A DNA stretch of 64,000 nucleotides from Eledone cirrhosa. Lineage: Eukaryota. This document shows positions 44,047-60,039 of this stretch, one piece after another; position 1 is the stretch's first letter, and the number at the start of each line of letters is the position of its first letter. The notes under the pieces were generated by a model that saw only the letters and a program-made list of their open reading frames with translations, made no database searches and had not been told where the DNA came from. Location of the stretch: the NCBI GenBank assembly GCA_964016885.1, contig OZ024749.1, positions 50,530,001 to 50,594,000 on the forward strand. Direction: 5' to 3'. Made by a program: the position numbers and the translations under genes.

Positions 44047-44320
44047 ATTATGTAAACTATATATATATGTGTTTGTCTATATTGTATCTGTATTATTTTT
44101 GACCGCCGGTCAGTCAATGGCAACATTGAGGACCGAGTAAGCTAGATCGCAGATATATATATATAAAAGACAGCGAGAAGCGAAAACCAACCAAACAGTG
44201 AGTGTGTTCTGTTATTAATTCTGGCAATATTACGCAAATATGACCCTCCCCAAATATAACAATATCTGTTTCGACACACGATTTCATATAAAAAACCTCG
44301 CAAAACTAATTCATCGCCGC

Positions 44321-44385
<65 letters not shown>

Positions 44386-44388
44386 ATG

Positions 44389-44465
<77 letters not shown>

Positions 44466-44850
44466 ATGTATACATATCTGTATGCATGTATATATATATA
44501 TATATATATGTGTATGTATATATACATATATGTATGTATGTATATATACATATATGTATGTATGTATATATACATATATATATATGTATGTATATATACA
44601 TATATATATGTATATATATATACATATATATATGTATGTATATATACATATATGTATGTATGTATATATACATATATATATATGTATGTATATATACATA
44701 TATATATGTATGTATATATACATATATGTATGTATGTATATATACATATATATATATGTATGTATATATACATATATATATGTATGTATATATACATATA
44801 TATATGTATGTATATATACATATATATGTATGTATATATACATATATATG

Positions 44851-44928
<78 letters not shown>

Positions 44929-45028
44929 TACATATATATATATACGTTATTCCGGGTTGAGTGTGAGATAACCACAATAAGTAAGGTACTCAATACATTG
45001 CAGAGTATAAAAGTTTTAATATAGATGA

Positions 45029-45077
45029 GATTCTACAGGACTAGAACTGTTTCATTCTTTAGAAATCATCAGGAATC
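45029..45077 (-). ncRNA. Type I hammerhead ribozyme motif in ~135-bp TA-embedded element 44945-45078
   Basis: Minus GATTC-CTGATGA-tTTCtaaaGAAt-GAAA-CAG.TTCTAGTC.CTG-TA-GAATC. Confidence 0.82.
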
Positions 45078-45140
45078 ATATATATATATATATTTTTTTT
45101 TTTCTATAATGTTTTCTATACCTTTCATTTATATATATAC

Positions 45141-45177
<37 letters not shown>

Positions 45178-45347
45178 CATACATATAGAATTCACAGGAA
45201 TCAAAGTTATGTTCCAACCATTTATTAGCTTACAATTGTTTCATCCAAACCGAGGTTTGGGGACTTCGGAGCATTTTTCAATGTTTGTATACATACATGA
45301 CCTCCTTTCCAACTCAAGAGACATACAGATACATATGTATATATTGA

Positions 45348-45416
<69 letters not shown>

Positions 45417-45424
<8 letters not shown>

Positions 45425-45586
45425 ATACTTTGGGAAGGTCATGTTGCCAATAAGAAACACAGCACCAGTTGCTTTCACTTCAATTTATTATAATAAATTT
45501 ATAAATTTATTATAATAAATTGAAGTGAAAGCACTGGTACGTGTGTTTCTTATTGGCAACATGACCCTCCCAAAGTATAACAATAT
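45417..45586. repeat. ~170-bp palindrome, same family as 43017-43142 and 44196-44320
   Basis: TGTTATACTTTGGGA.GGTCATGTTGCCAATAAGAAACAC.. mirrored about 45501/45502. Confidence 0.92.
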
Positions 45587-47350
45587 CGGTTTCAACACAC
45601 GTTTTCAGATAAAGAATCTTGTTAAACAAATTCAGAAACGAAATATATATATATATATATTAAAGGAGTAAATAATATACATGGTACATAAACGAAAACA
45701 AATGTGTATATAATTTAGAGTGTCTTTTTTATCTGACGGGAAACTGTGTTGATTATGAACAACAAATAAGAAGCCTGCTTACAACGATGTTTATAGATAC
45801 CTTTTATTTATCAGAACATTTTTCTTCTTTAGCATTCAATCCATGTCAATGTACTGTATTCTATTAGCCTGAACACTTGTTTCTATAATCATTCTAATTC
45901 AACCAAAGAAGATTCTACACATATCCTTTTAGTTTGTTTTATATATATATAATGTAATATCTTCCTAACACCACAGTTCATTAGCTGTTATTCAAAACCA
46001 ATGCCCTTTCCTTCTTATCTCTTAATTTTACACATCTCTCAAAGAATAGATTTTCTGCATGCATACTGTTTAACTAATGCTCTGTATTTTCTATATTATA
46101 GAGCCCCCCCCCCCCCCCCCCAGCCTGTTCAAATCATACTTTGATATACTCAGGTAACACGCAATACATCTATGTTAAATAATACTACTGTTTTATATAT
46201 TACAAATAGATTTTCGTTTCGATTAACAAACGTTTATTGATTCGGATTTCATAATGATAAACTTGTTGGTAGTTTTATCGATAATTTGCTCAAATATTTC
46301 GGATCCGCAGTCTGATCATCTCTACCTGATTTTACTTTTTCGGTTAGAGTTTTTTCTTCATGTTTGACTCCAATGATTTGCTTAGTTGTAACTAAAACCT
46401 ATTTTCATTGCAGGTGTTTAAGTCTATAGTTATAGGGGAGCTGTTATCCTTTAAAAAATAAAACGTTCTTTACATAATATAATTCTCGATTCGTGTATTT
46501 GTTCCTTCACTTTGTCTTTGTATTATATATAAACAATTCGTAATAATAATTGTATGTTGGAAGTTTTCTGTGCGAATTTCCTGAAGATGATATAGGCAGA
46601 ATGAAGTGCAAATGAAATAGTGGGGGAACTGAAATCCAACTTTTATTTGAAGTCAGAGAAAAATCTTAATTGTCGTTTGTCATTTGATAACGTGAAGAAA
46701 CTCAAGATACCTTTCATAAAAACCAGAATGTTCAGGAATAGAGTAACATTGAAACGTAGGTACCACACAAGGGCAAAATATTTCATTTTTATTGGACCTC
46801 TTTAACACCGCAAATCTTTCTCTAGCTGGCTTTGAGCAAATAGAAAATTAGTAATGACATTGTTAGGCCTGTATGATTCCTATAATTACAAAATATGTGT
46901 TAAGAAATGACAATTCAATTCTGTGTGAATTACGTTCCTTATATTTTCATATTATCCTATATTTTTATTTGGTGCTGATAGTTATTACCGCAGGGATTTT
47001 GTCGTTTTTTCAGAAAGATTTCAATTCATTGTAAAGCTCTTCTCTCCCAATTCCATACAGTACCTATAATTGTTAACTAGAGCATGTCATTTCGAAATAT
47101 GACATTTTTTGCCTTAAAAAGCGCCTGTCTATTCTTTCCTAGTATTCAAAAGAGACCATATTTCTAATTATATATGAGTTGACTCTATCTAGTATTCAAT
47201 AATTACAATTCTTCTAAATATTTTGGCCTATAGATATATACTTATAAACGTATGCATTCTGTTTCAACATCTAAATAAAATATAATTTCACCTCCATTTA
47301 AAACATATAATATGAGATATGTGGGGCAACATTATTTTTCATTCTGAAGC

Positions 47351-47492
47351 ATAGAGTTACCTCCCTTTATCACCTGAGTTCAAATCCCGCTGAGGTTAAC
47401 TTTGCCTTTTATCCTTACGGGGGTCGATAAAATAAAGTACCAGTAATGTACTGGAATAATTGCTGGCCTTGTGCCAAAAGTAGAAACAATTA
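47351..47492 (+). mobile_element. 5'-truncated SINE family A with 20-bp target-site duplication
   Basis: ATTATTTTTCATTCTGAAGC at 47331-47350 and 47489-47508. Confidence 0.92.
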
Positions 47493-47629
47493 TTTTTCAT
47501 TCTGAAGCGTATCAATCTGCATGCATATATTTATATATATATATGATCTTTAATGCGAAGAAATACCTATGATGGCCAGAAGATCACTGATGATGGATAG
47601 TCCTGGCTTCTTGCTCTATTTTTTAATTC

Positions 47630-47715
<86 letters not shown>

Positions 47716-47849
47716 CGTAGATAGATATACATTGATATATATATATATATACTGTATATATACATGTCTTAATATATATATATATATATATATGTTTGCG
47801 TGTGTGGGTGTGTATGTGGGTGTGGGTGTGTGAGTATGGGTGTGGGGGG

Positions 47850-47890
<41 letters not shown>

Positions 47891-50748
47891 TAATACGTCC
47901 TTATCATTATTTTGCCGAACCTATTGAAATTAATTTCAAACAATTTCCATCCAATTTTCTTTGTCTTCTCTTTCATGGAAGACACACCTCATAGAAATTC
48001 TATTTTGTCTTTGCTTGCTTATTCTCTACTGCACTAAATTTGTACGAGTGTGCACTTAGTGCATTGTCTTTACACAATTCCTCATGACATTTTACCATAG
48101 AATTCTTCTTTCCACCGTTTTAGTTAATTTATTATAATATTAGCTGCTGTCTTCCATTTTAATATTTACATTCTATTACTTTATTACATTCGATTTTTTT
48201 GTTCTTAGATTTGTCTTCATTTTTGCTTCTATATTTTCTAATTGTATTGCAATATTCGCTTCACTACTTCGAAATCTTTAAATGAATTGTTTTTTGTCCA
48301 TTTCTCACGTATATAGATAGGGAAAATGTCTGAATCAATCTATCCGTGCACTAATCAGTTTTATTGTAATATCATAACGAAATAAGCTATAAATGTAATG
48401 CGTGTGGTATATATATATGTATGTATATGGGAGTGTGTATGTGTGTGTAAATGTGTATATGTGTGTGTTTGTGGATATATAGGTATAACTGAGAAAGATA
48501 TGTATGTATATAAGTGTCTACACATGTTATACATATTATGTAACCATGTATGTGACTATATATATAGACATTTTTTCTAGGTTGGTAAATAAATAGATAG
48601 AATCATAGGTAGATACAAATATAAAATGTGTGTGATGGGTGCATGTGGGTGTTTGTGGATATATAGGAATAACTGAGAAAGATATGTATGTAAATATGTG
48701 TCTTTACATACTGTATTATGATGTATTATAAATGTTACGTATATTATGTAACTATGCATGTGGCTATATATATATAGACATTCTTTCTAGATAAATAGAT
48801 ATATAGAAACCTAGGTAGTAATGTAAAATGTGTGTGTGTATCTGTCTGTATATATCTATCTAGCTCCCTATCTCATAGTCTCTCGGTCTCTCTATCTACA
48901 TGTCTATATATTATTGTATCTATCTTCTAATGTATTTATCATTGGAAAATTACTCACAAAAACCATGAATCCTGGGGGCATAGCATTCGAAGGTCGGTAG
49001 AACAAAAGCATCGTAATTTATTAGATATATGGTTCATAATGGATGACGAAAATCTGAACGAAATATATTTTAACTGATTTAAATTAATGTCAGATGAATT
49101 AAAATGATGGCCGTTATTACACGAGAGATACGGTTAACGGAAGTCAAGGATTCAAGCATTTTACAAAAATGTTTTGAAGAATTTTTTAATTAATTTTTTT
49201 TTTTAGTATAAACATCGTTATATCTTATAGTTATCATGCGTCGTAAGTCACAATTTAATCTTAGGATTTTGTTGCGATATAAGTATGGCGTTCATGTTTA
49301 ATAAAGATGTATTTTTCGTTCATGCTCTCCTATCCAGCTATATGTTATGGGGGGGGGGGTAATGTGATGTGTTTCAAATACTTGTTTTTGAATATAAATG
49401 GTATCCTTTCAGGGGCTACAATTATATAGGTAATATTGCACTGGATTTTTAGGAAGTGTTAACATTTCACTTTTCCCAGCCGAATATTCAATTCATATCA
49501 AGCATTTGTAGCTTATTCCGAGTTTTATGTGTCTGTGTTTTTTATTGTTAATAAGAATTTTTTTTTATTTCAACATTTTTTATAGTTAACTAATACTGAC
49601 AATTTATGTTTTTTTGTGAGGCATTTTGTGTTAGGTTTTATGAGATTATATTAGTATGTGCTTCTCTGTCCTCTATGTATTTATTTTATAGAGTTAATTT
49701 TATGTGTAGATTTAATGGCTATAATGTCTGAAAAATAGCTGGTCGAACTGAATATATTTGTTATTTTATAGATCTTTACAGGTCCTGATCGAAATTTCCT
49801 ACAAGGAAAAGCTTTCATCTCGTGACACAAATTCAGGAATCATAAAAAGCATTGTAAGTGGTGTGGATGCTATTTCCAGCAGGTTGATTAGCCACGTATG
49901 GCTGCTAAACAAACTTTGATACTAATGAACATCTTTCTTTCTTTACTCCTCTCACACTTCACGTCTGTTTCAATTTTCTGACAGTCTAACGTGTGAATTC
50001 ATAGGTTATTTCAGCGAGATGGTTGCAGTTAGAAGTGATATGACATTTGACTTATTTAGAAACTGTGCTAGATGAGATATCTGGGGGTATGTTTGACGAA
50101 TTGTAATTATAACAACAAATTATCACTGACAACCAGCTCACAAGTTTCTCTAGAAAAAAAATACCTTCTTGTTTTAACAATAAAGTCACACACCTCAAAG
50201 TTTTAACTCTGCATATCCACTACAAAGTTCTGACCAGACTGTCTGGCCTGCAAAAGCACCATTGTAAACCATTACACTAAAATACTGCTGAAATTAGAAA
50301 GTAACATCAAAGTGTGTGTGATATAATGCAAGGCGTTAACACTTCAAATATCTCTCTATTACACTTATAGCTTACATCTTTCACTATCTTTCAACTGTTT
50401 AATGATGGCATGATTAAATATGCGTCTGTGTGTGTGTGTGTGAATGTTGGAGAGAATACGTGTCGGGGTCATTGGAGTGTATGTATTGTTTGTACATTGC
50501 GGTATTTTGATAGAAAGATAGGCCGACGAAATTCTCTGTGTTTCATAGAATTTTCCTTTTAATCATATATTCTCTTCTTAAAGAGACAATCGCGTATATG
50601 AGTAACTGTGTAGGTCTCAGTGTGTGTAGCCTTGAAAGTGAGATAGATTGTCTGCGTAAATATCAGTACCACTGCGTGTATAAATATATATCTATACACA
50701 CATAAATGTGTGCTTGTGTATTTATATATGTATATATATATATATATA

Positions 50749-50825
50749 TCTAAGGCGGGTAAAATTCCCGAGATCCATGGACGAGTTCTCTCCAGCGGTC
50801 TCTGTCCCTCATTATCGCTGCCATG
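50749..50825 (-). mobile_element. Extreme 3' tip of an RTE-clade LINE embedded in (TA)n
   Basis: Minus frame [23 protein letters not shown] resembles the DRxxWRxxV C-terminus of RTE ORFs; stop followed directly by TA repeat. Confidence 0.65.
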
Positions 50826-50867
50826 TATATATATGTATATATATATATGTATATGTATATATATATG

Positions 50868-50924
<57 letters not shown>

Positions 50925-51013
50925 GTATATGTATATATATATATATGTATATGTACATATATATGTATATACATATATATATACATATGTATATGTATAT
51001 ATATATATGTGTG

Positions 51014-51046
<33 letters not shown>

Positions 51047-51392
51047 ATATATGAGAACTACAATTGTTTAATAACAGAGATAGACTTTGAGAGACGGGAA
51101 GAAACGAGTGGGGGGGGGAGTATGTCGAGTGATTAAATATATTTGGCTATGTAATAATATCTATTTATCTACGTAATATTTCTACAATTTAATGCGAACC
51201 AATGTGTGTTAGTGTAAACTAAATTCAATTTCTGTATACTGTGCTTTAATATATGCATTGCTCTGTCTTATGCGTTGCTTGTATTGATAAGTGTGAGTAA
51301 TTATATCTGTGTGTTTATGTATATGTGTGCGTATATTTGTGTTTCTTTATGTGTGTGTATATTATTGCGCGAATACATTAACATTATGTATA

Positions 51393-51636
51393 CCGCCGAG
51401 GTTAACTTTGCCTTTCATCCTTACGGGGTCGATAAAATAAAGTACCAGTAATGTACTGGGTAATTGCTGGCCTTGTGCCTAAAGTATAAACAATTATGTA
51501 TACCAATATACATAATGTCTGAGTTCAAATCCCGTCGATGTTAACTTTGCCTTTCATCCTTACGGGGTAGATAAAATAAAGTACCAGTAATGTGCTGAGT
51601 AATTGCGGGCCTTGTGCCAATAGTAGAAACAATTAT
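51393..51636 (+). mobile_element. Two tandem 5'-truncated SINE family A copies
   Basis: 51393-51497 and 51518-51636; ATTATGT.TACC repeated before, between and after. Confidence 0.85.
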
Positions 51637-51734
51637 GTCTACCAATATACTCAGATATTTTATTATAGTCGTTGTCGTTGGCATGGCTACATTTATGACT
51701 TGAAATATGCTTAATATTTTAAAAGTCAACAATG

Positions 51735-51792
<58 letters not shown>

Positions 51793-52436
51793 CCTTTTAT
51801 TATTTATTATTCCCCCTTATTTTTCTCGTCACTCCTCCCAAAGATGCCACCCCTACACGTTCTCTTTCTCGTTATAAGCACCCAAACATACACATATATG
51901 TACATATATACATATACACATACACACCTGCTTACATACATACATACATACTCACACACACACATACATACATACATAACTACATACATATATACATACA
52001 CATATACATATATATATTCCTATGTTTATTATCTTTGCACCGCTTACCTTCCTCATATTTCCCTTCTGAGTTCGCTTTCATATTCTTCACTTTTCTCATT
52101 CAAAGATATTCTTGTAGCAACTATGACATTGATATCATGAACTGCCGTTAGTTTTCTGTGTATCTCCAAGAGCATTCTACGTGATTCTTTGTTCATATGG
52201 GGGTTCTTCTCTTTGACCATTACCCTTTGCGTAGTCAGCAGAAATCTATTATTGCTATCTCTATTTCCTATGGGCTTGGGGAATTTAATTACCATTCTTG
52301 AAGCAATTTTTACGACCTGAACAGAGAGCGTTACATTCGTTATGCTTTGTACAAGAATCTTTAGCCTTAACACCAGGAAATATAAATGTTCCCTCCTATA
52401 TTACCCAGTCGATCGGAACTACATTTTAAATGACAT

Positions 52437-52685
<249 letters not shown>

Positions 52686-52717
52686 ATAATAACTTGTGTA
52701 TTACACCTCTATTCTTT

Positions 52718-52794
<77 letters not shown>

Positions 52795-52882
52795 ATAATG
52801 ATAAATTTGAAGACTAAAATCCAAAGAGGGCTCGATAAGCATGAATATATATCAAATATATAAGAACCGTAGAGCAAATATT

Positions 52883-53116
<234 letters not shown>

Positions 53117-53402
53117 GTAGGAGGTGAGTTTTGTTGTAGTACAATAAAGCAATGCAGATATCGGATTAGTAGCACTCTACAGTTTGTAGGACTGGAGTAT
53201 AAATAATATATGAGATCAAAAGATGGTTAGAAGAGTCATATGTATTTTATTATGCGCATTTCAAAAACAAATAGCATCATGCGATGACATTTGCGTTTTC
53301 GTCAGATAAAATAGGAAGACATGATATGAAGGTTATATAACACTTGTGAATAGTGCAGTGTTAAATCAACATATGTTGATTTAAAACTGCACTAATCACA
53401 AG

Positions 53403-53477
<75 letters not shown>

Positions 53478-53478
53478 G

Positions 53479-53545
<67 letters not shown>

Positions 53546-53573
53546 GTAAATATATATATATATATATATAAAC

Positions 53574-53607
<34 letters not shown>

Positions 53608-53639
53608 ATGTACATACACACATATATATATATATATAT

Positions 53640-53733
53640 ATATAATATTATATATACATTATATTATATACATTATATTATATATATTATATTATATATA
53701 TATATAGTTGTGTCTAAGTGCCTGTGTGTGTAC

Positions 53734-53823
<90 letters not shown>

Positions 53824-54095
53824 CATTATATTATATACATTATATTATATATATTATATTATATATATATATAGTTGTGTCTAAGTGCCTGTGTGTGTAC
53901 ATATATATATATATATGTAAATATATATATATATATATTGCCTGCTGGATAAGTGGAGTGTCATACACCCCTGATCCTCTCCCTAGTATACTATATATAT
54001 ATATATATATTATATTATATATACATTATATTATATATATTATATTATATATATATAGTATATTATATATATATAGTTGTGTGTAAGTACTTGTG
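53640..54095 (+). repeat. Triplicated AT-rich unit ending in AGTTGTGT.TAAGT.C.TGTGTGTG
   Basis: Unit ends at ~53706, ~53873 and ~54075. Confidence 0.8.
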
Positions 54096-54786
54096 TGTGT
54101 GTGTGTATATATATATATATGTGTGTGTGTATGTGTGTGTGTGTGTCTTGTGTGTGTGTGTGAGTGTGTGTGTGTGTGTAGGTGAAAGAGCATTCAATAT
54201 CTTCTTTTTTTTTTTTTTTTTCAAAGCTATAATTATTTAATTTCCATTACCACCATTCAAAGATGATAGGATAGGTGAGCCGTAGTCTAGGTTACGCCAT
54301 ATTTCAAACATGTAATCCTTACGAGATAATGGGAATAATATATTCCTCCTTCTTACACTTCATTGGTTTAAGAGAGGTGAGGAGTGCGAACAAGGATAAC
54401 ATTATATTATATAAAGAAACAATTGAAAAAAGGAAAGAATAGAGCTGGGGTTAATGTGGTACAAAAATTATTGAAATGCTTTGAGAACTCTAAAACCTAT
54501 AGAAAGTGCTATATACTCATCCGTCACATATGTGTATGTCCACAAGTATATATACACAAACATATGTATGTATGTATCTATGTGTGTATGTATGTATGTA
54601 TATATGTATGAATATATACATGTGCATGTATATATGTATATATATGTGTATATATATGTGTATATACATATACATACATATATATATGTAGAAGTTCTAT
54701 TTAAATTGTTGGTATACAATAAGCAAATATTTTTATAACTGATATAAAGCACTCAACAAATTATTGGAGTAAAAATACGATATATT

Positions 54787-54829
<43 letters not shown>

Positions 54830-54868
54830 GTTTTACCCACATTATATATATATATATATAGATACAAT

Positions 54869-54907
<39 letters not shown>

Positions 54908-55050
54908 TTTTTCACATATATATGTGTACATATACATATGCACATATACACTTACATATATATAATATACACCAACACATACTCACACATGCAAATAAAC
55001 ATGCATATATATATATATATACATATATATATACATATATATATACATAC

Positions 55051-55113
<63 letters not shown>

Positions 55114-55164
55114 CCAAGGGCGAATGTTTACTCCTTCGTTACCTTTATTGGTTATAACCTCCCT

Positions 55165-55225
<61 letters not shown>

Positions 55226-55319
55226 AACGAGTAGGACCTATTACCCACTCTACTACCCTAAGTATTGAGTACTTTGGTGCGTTATGGTCCACCTGGTTCC
55301 TTACCACATTTCCTTCGTT

Positions 55320-55380
<61 letters not shown>

Positions 55381-55444
55381 TAGCGATCTCCCATGCACCC
55401 AGCATTATTTCTACCCCTCCTATTATTTAGGACCCGAGAGTGCC

Positions 55445-55940
55445 ACCAGACTCTCCACCTCTATATGTGTATCACGCAAACCTCTCTTTAAATCCGCCTT
55501 TATCTACCAATACTAAACTTTACCCCTCTCCATATCTACCATGACACCGCCTCTCTCATAACACTCTCTATTTCTAAGACTAATACACTCTCTCACTCTC
55601 TATAAATATCTACACTTAACTCTCCGAATCCGCCTCTGTATATCAATCACCCCTAAACAATCTCCTTCTCCTTATCTACCACACAGGGCTCTCCCATTAT
55701 CCCTCTCTGTATATCTACAACCACCAAATCGCCGCTCTCTATATATACTACACGGTACTCTCTTCCAATCCCCCACCTATCCCTCTATATCAATTAACAC
55801 CAAACTCTCCCACCCTCTACATGAATGATACAAAATGCTTTCCCAATCCCCCTCTCTATATCAATTAACATCAAACTATCCCTCTCTCTATATCTACTAC
55901 ATGGAACTCTCTTCCACTACCCCCTCTGTATACAACATAC
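55445..55940 (+). repeat. Degenerate pyrimidine-rich tandem repeat (family of 16005-16230)
   Basis: CCCTCTATATCAATTAACA.CAAACT.TCCC / CTATATCTACTACA.GGAACTCTCTTCC motifs recur. Confidence 0.7.
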
Positions 55941-56168
55941 CTAGATATACATATACATAAATATATATACACATATACAAATATGCATAGATATACATTT
56001 ACATAAATATGTATAAGTATATATACATATATAAACACATACCTACCTAAATACACATTTACAAACATGCATATATATATGTATATATATACATATAGAA
56101 ACACATATATACACATATACAAACATGCATATGTACACATTTACAAACATGCATACATATACACTAAC

Positions 56169-56264
<96 letters not shown>

Positions 56265-57312
56265 GTGTGTAATATATAGATATATAAACGCATACGTACA
56301 CGTGCATACATACACATTTACATAAATATATATATAAATGTATATATATATATATATAAATATATATTTATATACATATATAAACACATACGTACACGTT
56401 CATACATAGACATTTACAAACACGCATATATATGTAAATATATATTTATATATACATATATAAACACATACCTACATTCATACACACTTTTAGGTTCCTT
56501 AACTTATCTCCCCCTTGCTTTCTCTGTTCGTGCCACTCAAATATATATTTATTTAAATGGATATATGTAATTATGTGACTTTTCGTTTGTTTGTTTTTTT
56601 TCTCCGTCTGAACTTTGAATCTCTAGAATGTTTACTTAACTTCCATTCTTACCCTTCCTTCTCTTCCTTCTCTTCCGTCTCTTCCATTCTCTCCAGTTTT
56701 ACTGCCAATGTAATTAAACGTATTTGCCTCAAAAGTAGAAATGAGCAATCCTTGTTTATTTATTTTCTCATTTTGTTTGTGTGTATTCCTTTCATTTTTT
56801 ATTTGTAAGATTTTGCTCGGGTTATTTGGTTTCCTCATTGTTACCTTGTATGTGTGTGTGCTTTTTCTATATATGACTATATATGTATATATATGTGTGT
56901 GTGTGTGTATGTGTGTGTGTGTGTGTGACTGTGAGTATATGCACGTCTGTATGACTATATGTATGTCTCTGTATGTCTGTGCGTATAACAGTAAGTATGA
57001 CTGTGTTTGTGTGTATGTATGTGTATGTGACGGTATGTGTGTGTGTGTGTGTGTCTATGCGTATGATTGAATGTGTGAGTGTGTGTTTGTGTACGTCTCT
57101 TTTTTTTTTTTATGTTTGTGATTAATTTCTAAATCCATTCTCAAGCGGTAAAAAACTAAATGATTGGAGGGCAAAGAGGTTCTAGAAAGTTTCTCAAAGT
57201 TCAACAAGTGATCAGAAAATTACAAGTGAAATGTAAACAAAATCGTTGTACGCAATACTACTTGTAAAAGATTCAAAATTCATAACCTAATAATCAATAC
57301 CTTATATGTTTT

Positions 57313-57381
<69 letters not shown>

Positions 57382-57394
57382 GTACATATACATA

Positions 57395-57452
<58 letters not shown>

Positions 57453-59908
57453 TATATATATAATATATATATACATATATATTGCAATACATTTTACATA
57501 CCTTCCATAATTTCGGCATGAAGGATTGATAACATGGTTACATATAATTGCACTGATGTGATTGTTAATGGAATCATGCTATTTTAATGAAGACAGTTTC
57601 TACATGATTACATGATTAGTAAGAATCATGTGAGCTAGTCTTTTCTCAGTGCAAAACATATGGATAGGGTTTTTGGTTGAAGCGGTGAAACATACGATTT
57701 CTTTTTTAATATAGATTTTCTGATTTCGCACACAGTTGTATTGTATTTACATATATTTATATATTTCATTCTGGAGGCAGCTACAATGATGATATTGTTC
57801 CCAGGTCCTCTCACTTCATGCACGGCTGTGTGATAAGGGCGGTTGGAATTGTCGTGGGGATGGAAATAATTCGAGTTGAGTTAAATATGTTCAAGGATGG
57901 ACTGGGTAACGAAGTTATCACAGCATAAGACCCGTATTAACGTTGGAAAATACAGAGAGAGAAGTTAGTACTTCTGTTGATCAGATACTGATATATGTTA
58001 ACAAACAGTAAATTTGCGAGGTCGATTTGTTTTTGATATGGTCTATCTTTGATTTTAACTTCATCTATGTGTAGTAGATTTTGAAATCGGAACTACTTTC
58101 TTGCTGTTTATAGAGCGTGTAGATATTGAGATTTGAAGTATTCTATTGCTTCGAGTAGATCTTCTAGATGATGACATATTAAGTTCTGTCTTATATTTCT
58201 GGCTCGTAGACATTGTGATGTGAAGTATTCTTTGCTTTGTATGGGTTTATTGGCGCTTGAATATAGCTTTGTATAAGGAATGCTAGCACATGAAGTATTG
58301 TCTTCTTATGTTATACGGCATGTATATGCTGGTATCTGATATATTGCCTTGTTTTGTTATATATCAAGTAGATGCTGTAAAGAAACGCAGGGTCTTGGTA
58401 AAATATGAAATCATCTTTTGTGGCTCAGTCCTTGCTCTTGCTATAAATATATATTTCAAATGTATTACATTAGGGGTTCCAATTGATTATATGCCTAAAT
58501 TTAAAAAGAAAACGCCCCATTACATATCGTGAATAGACATTGGTACGTCATAATGCAATGACTAGCATTTAAAGAATTACCTTCTTACTGTGGCAGTTTA
58601 AATCATATAAGAATTGTGGTGATTTGGCACCAAACGATCTGTAAACTATTGAGCCATTTATTATTCGAGTGAAAATAAAATCACCTCACCTGTCTATATA
58701 ATTTAAAATAAGGTGTCATTAAGAGTGAATTTTTTGACAGTTGAAATTTAGAATACGACAAATATCCATATATTCTGAGAGGGAGTTCAGCCATTAATTT
58801 TCATTCGCTGGGGAAATATCGCATGCATATAATGGCATGATAAATACTTTATTTGTAAATCAGATGCCACATCGCATTAATTCTGTAAGTGTGACAAATG
58901 AGCGAGCTGTTAATGAAATATAATTTACTATATTTGTAGAGAAATGTTGGTGGTTATATGTTACTGCCTGTATATTCAGTAACATTATAAATCTGGAGAA
59001 TTTCTAATGTTCCTTATATATAGGAAATACATATTTTTATTGATATTGTTGTTTAGGTCCACGTCATCTTAATGTATTTCAAGGTGAGAAACTAGGTATA
59101 TTGCATGCATATTGCAATATATATGTATTTTTAAATATATGTTTAAGGTGATAGATGTGATATAATGTGCCTACATAAAGCAGATTGAGAAGCCATGTAG
59201 ATTTAATCACTTTCATCATTGGGTGTGCCGGTGCTTAATTTTCAAAATCACTTCGTTTCAAAATGTTGTTATATGCCTATGCTATTAGCCTTTCGGAATA
59301 TTCATGTGATGTAATGCAATACAATTGTGAATAAAAGCAACACAGTTCGATGTTTAATCACCTATATGTAGCTTGCTTGCTTATTATATTTCCCCTACTC
59401 TGGTAAATAGATTAGGTGATTGGTGGAAATGAATAAGCTACAGCGAAGAGAAATTGTGTTAAAGTTAAGTTATGCAATGACACAGACATGTAAAGCAAAT
59501 AAAATGAGAAAGTGTCTTGCATGCGTCTTTAGTTATAGGCGATAGTGTAACAGTTTAGTAACGTTCTAAGTTCGGGGTCCTTTATGTTTTGAGTCCTACC
59601 AATGTCAAAATTATATTTCTTCCTTTTTAGGTCGATAACATAAATTACTATTCAAGTGGAGGCTTCGATTTTAACGCATTTTCCTTCCTCTCAAATTGCT
59701 GGCATTGTGCCGAAATCAGAAAGGAATTATAGCTGACAGTGGAAACAGAACAAAATATGACATTATAAAACCTATTAATTTAAACTGCTGATGGATGTTA
59801 GATTCAAGACAATATAATTTTTATTAAAATATATTAAAGATCATTGAACGGCTTTCAGTAACAAATATACGCTACAATCGTATATATATATATATACATA
59901 TATATATT

Positions 59909-60039
<131 letters not shown>

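Noticed and set aside
46575-46630. CTGAAGA...GAAA hammerhead candidate
   Set aside because: Stem II unpaired and cleavage triplet wrong
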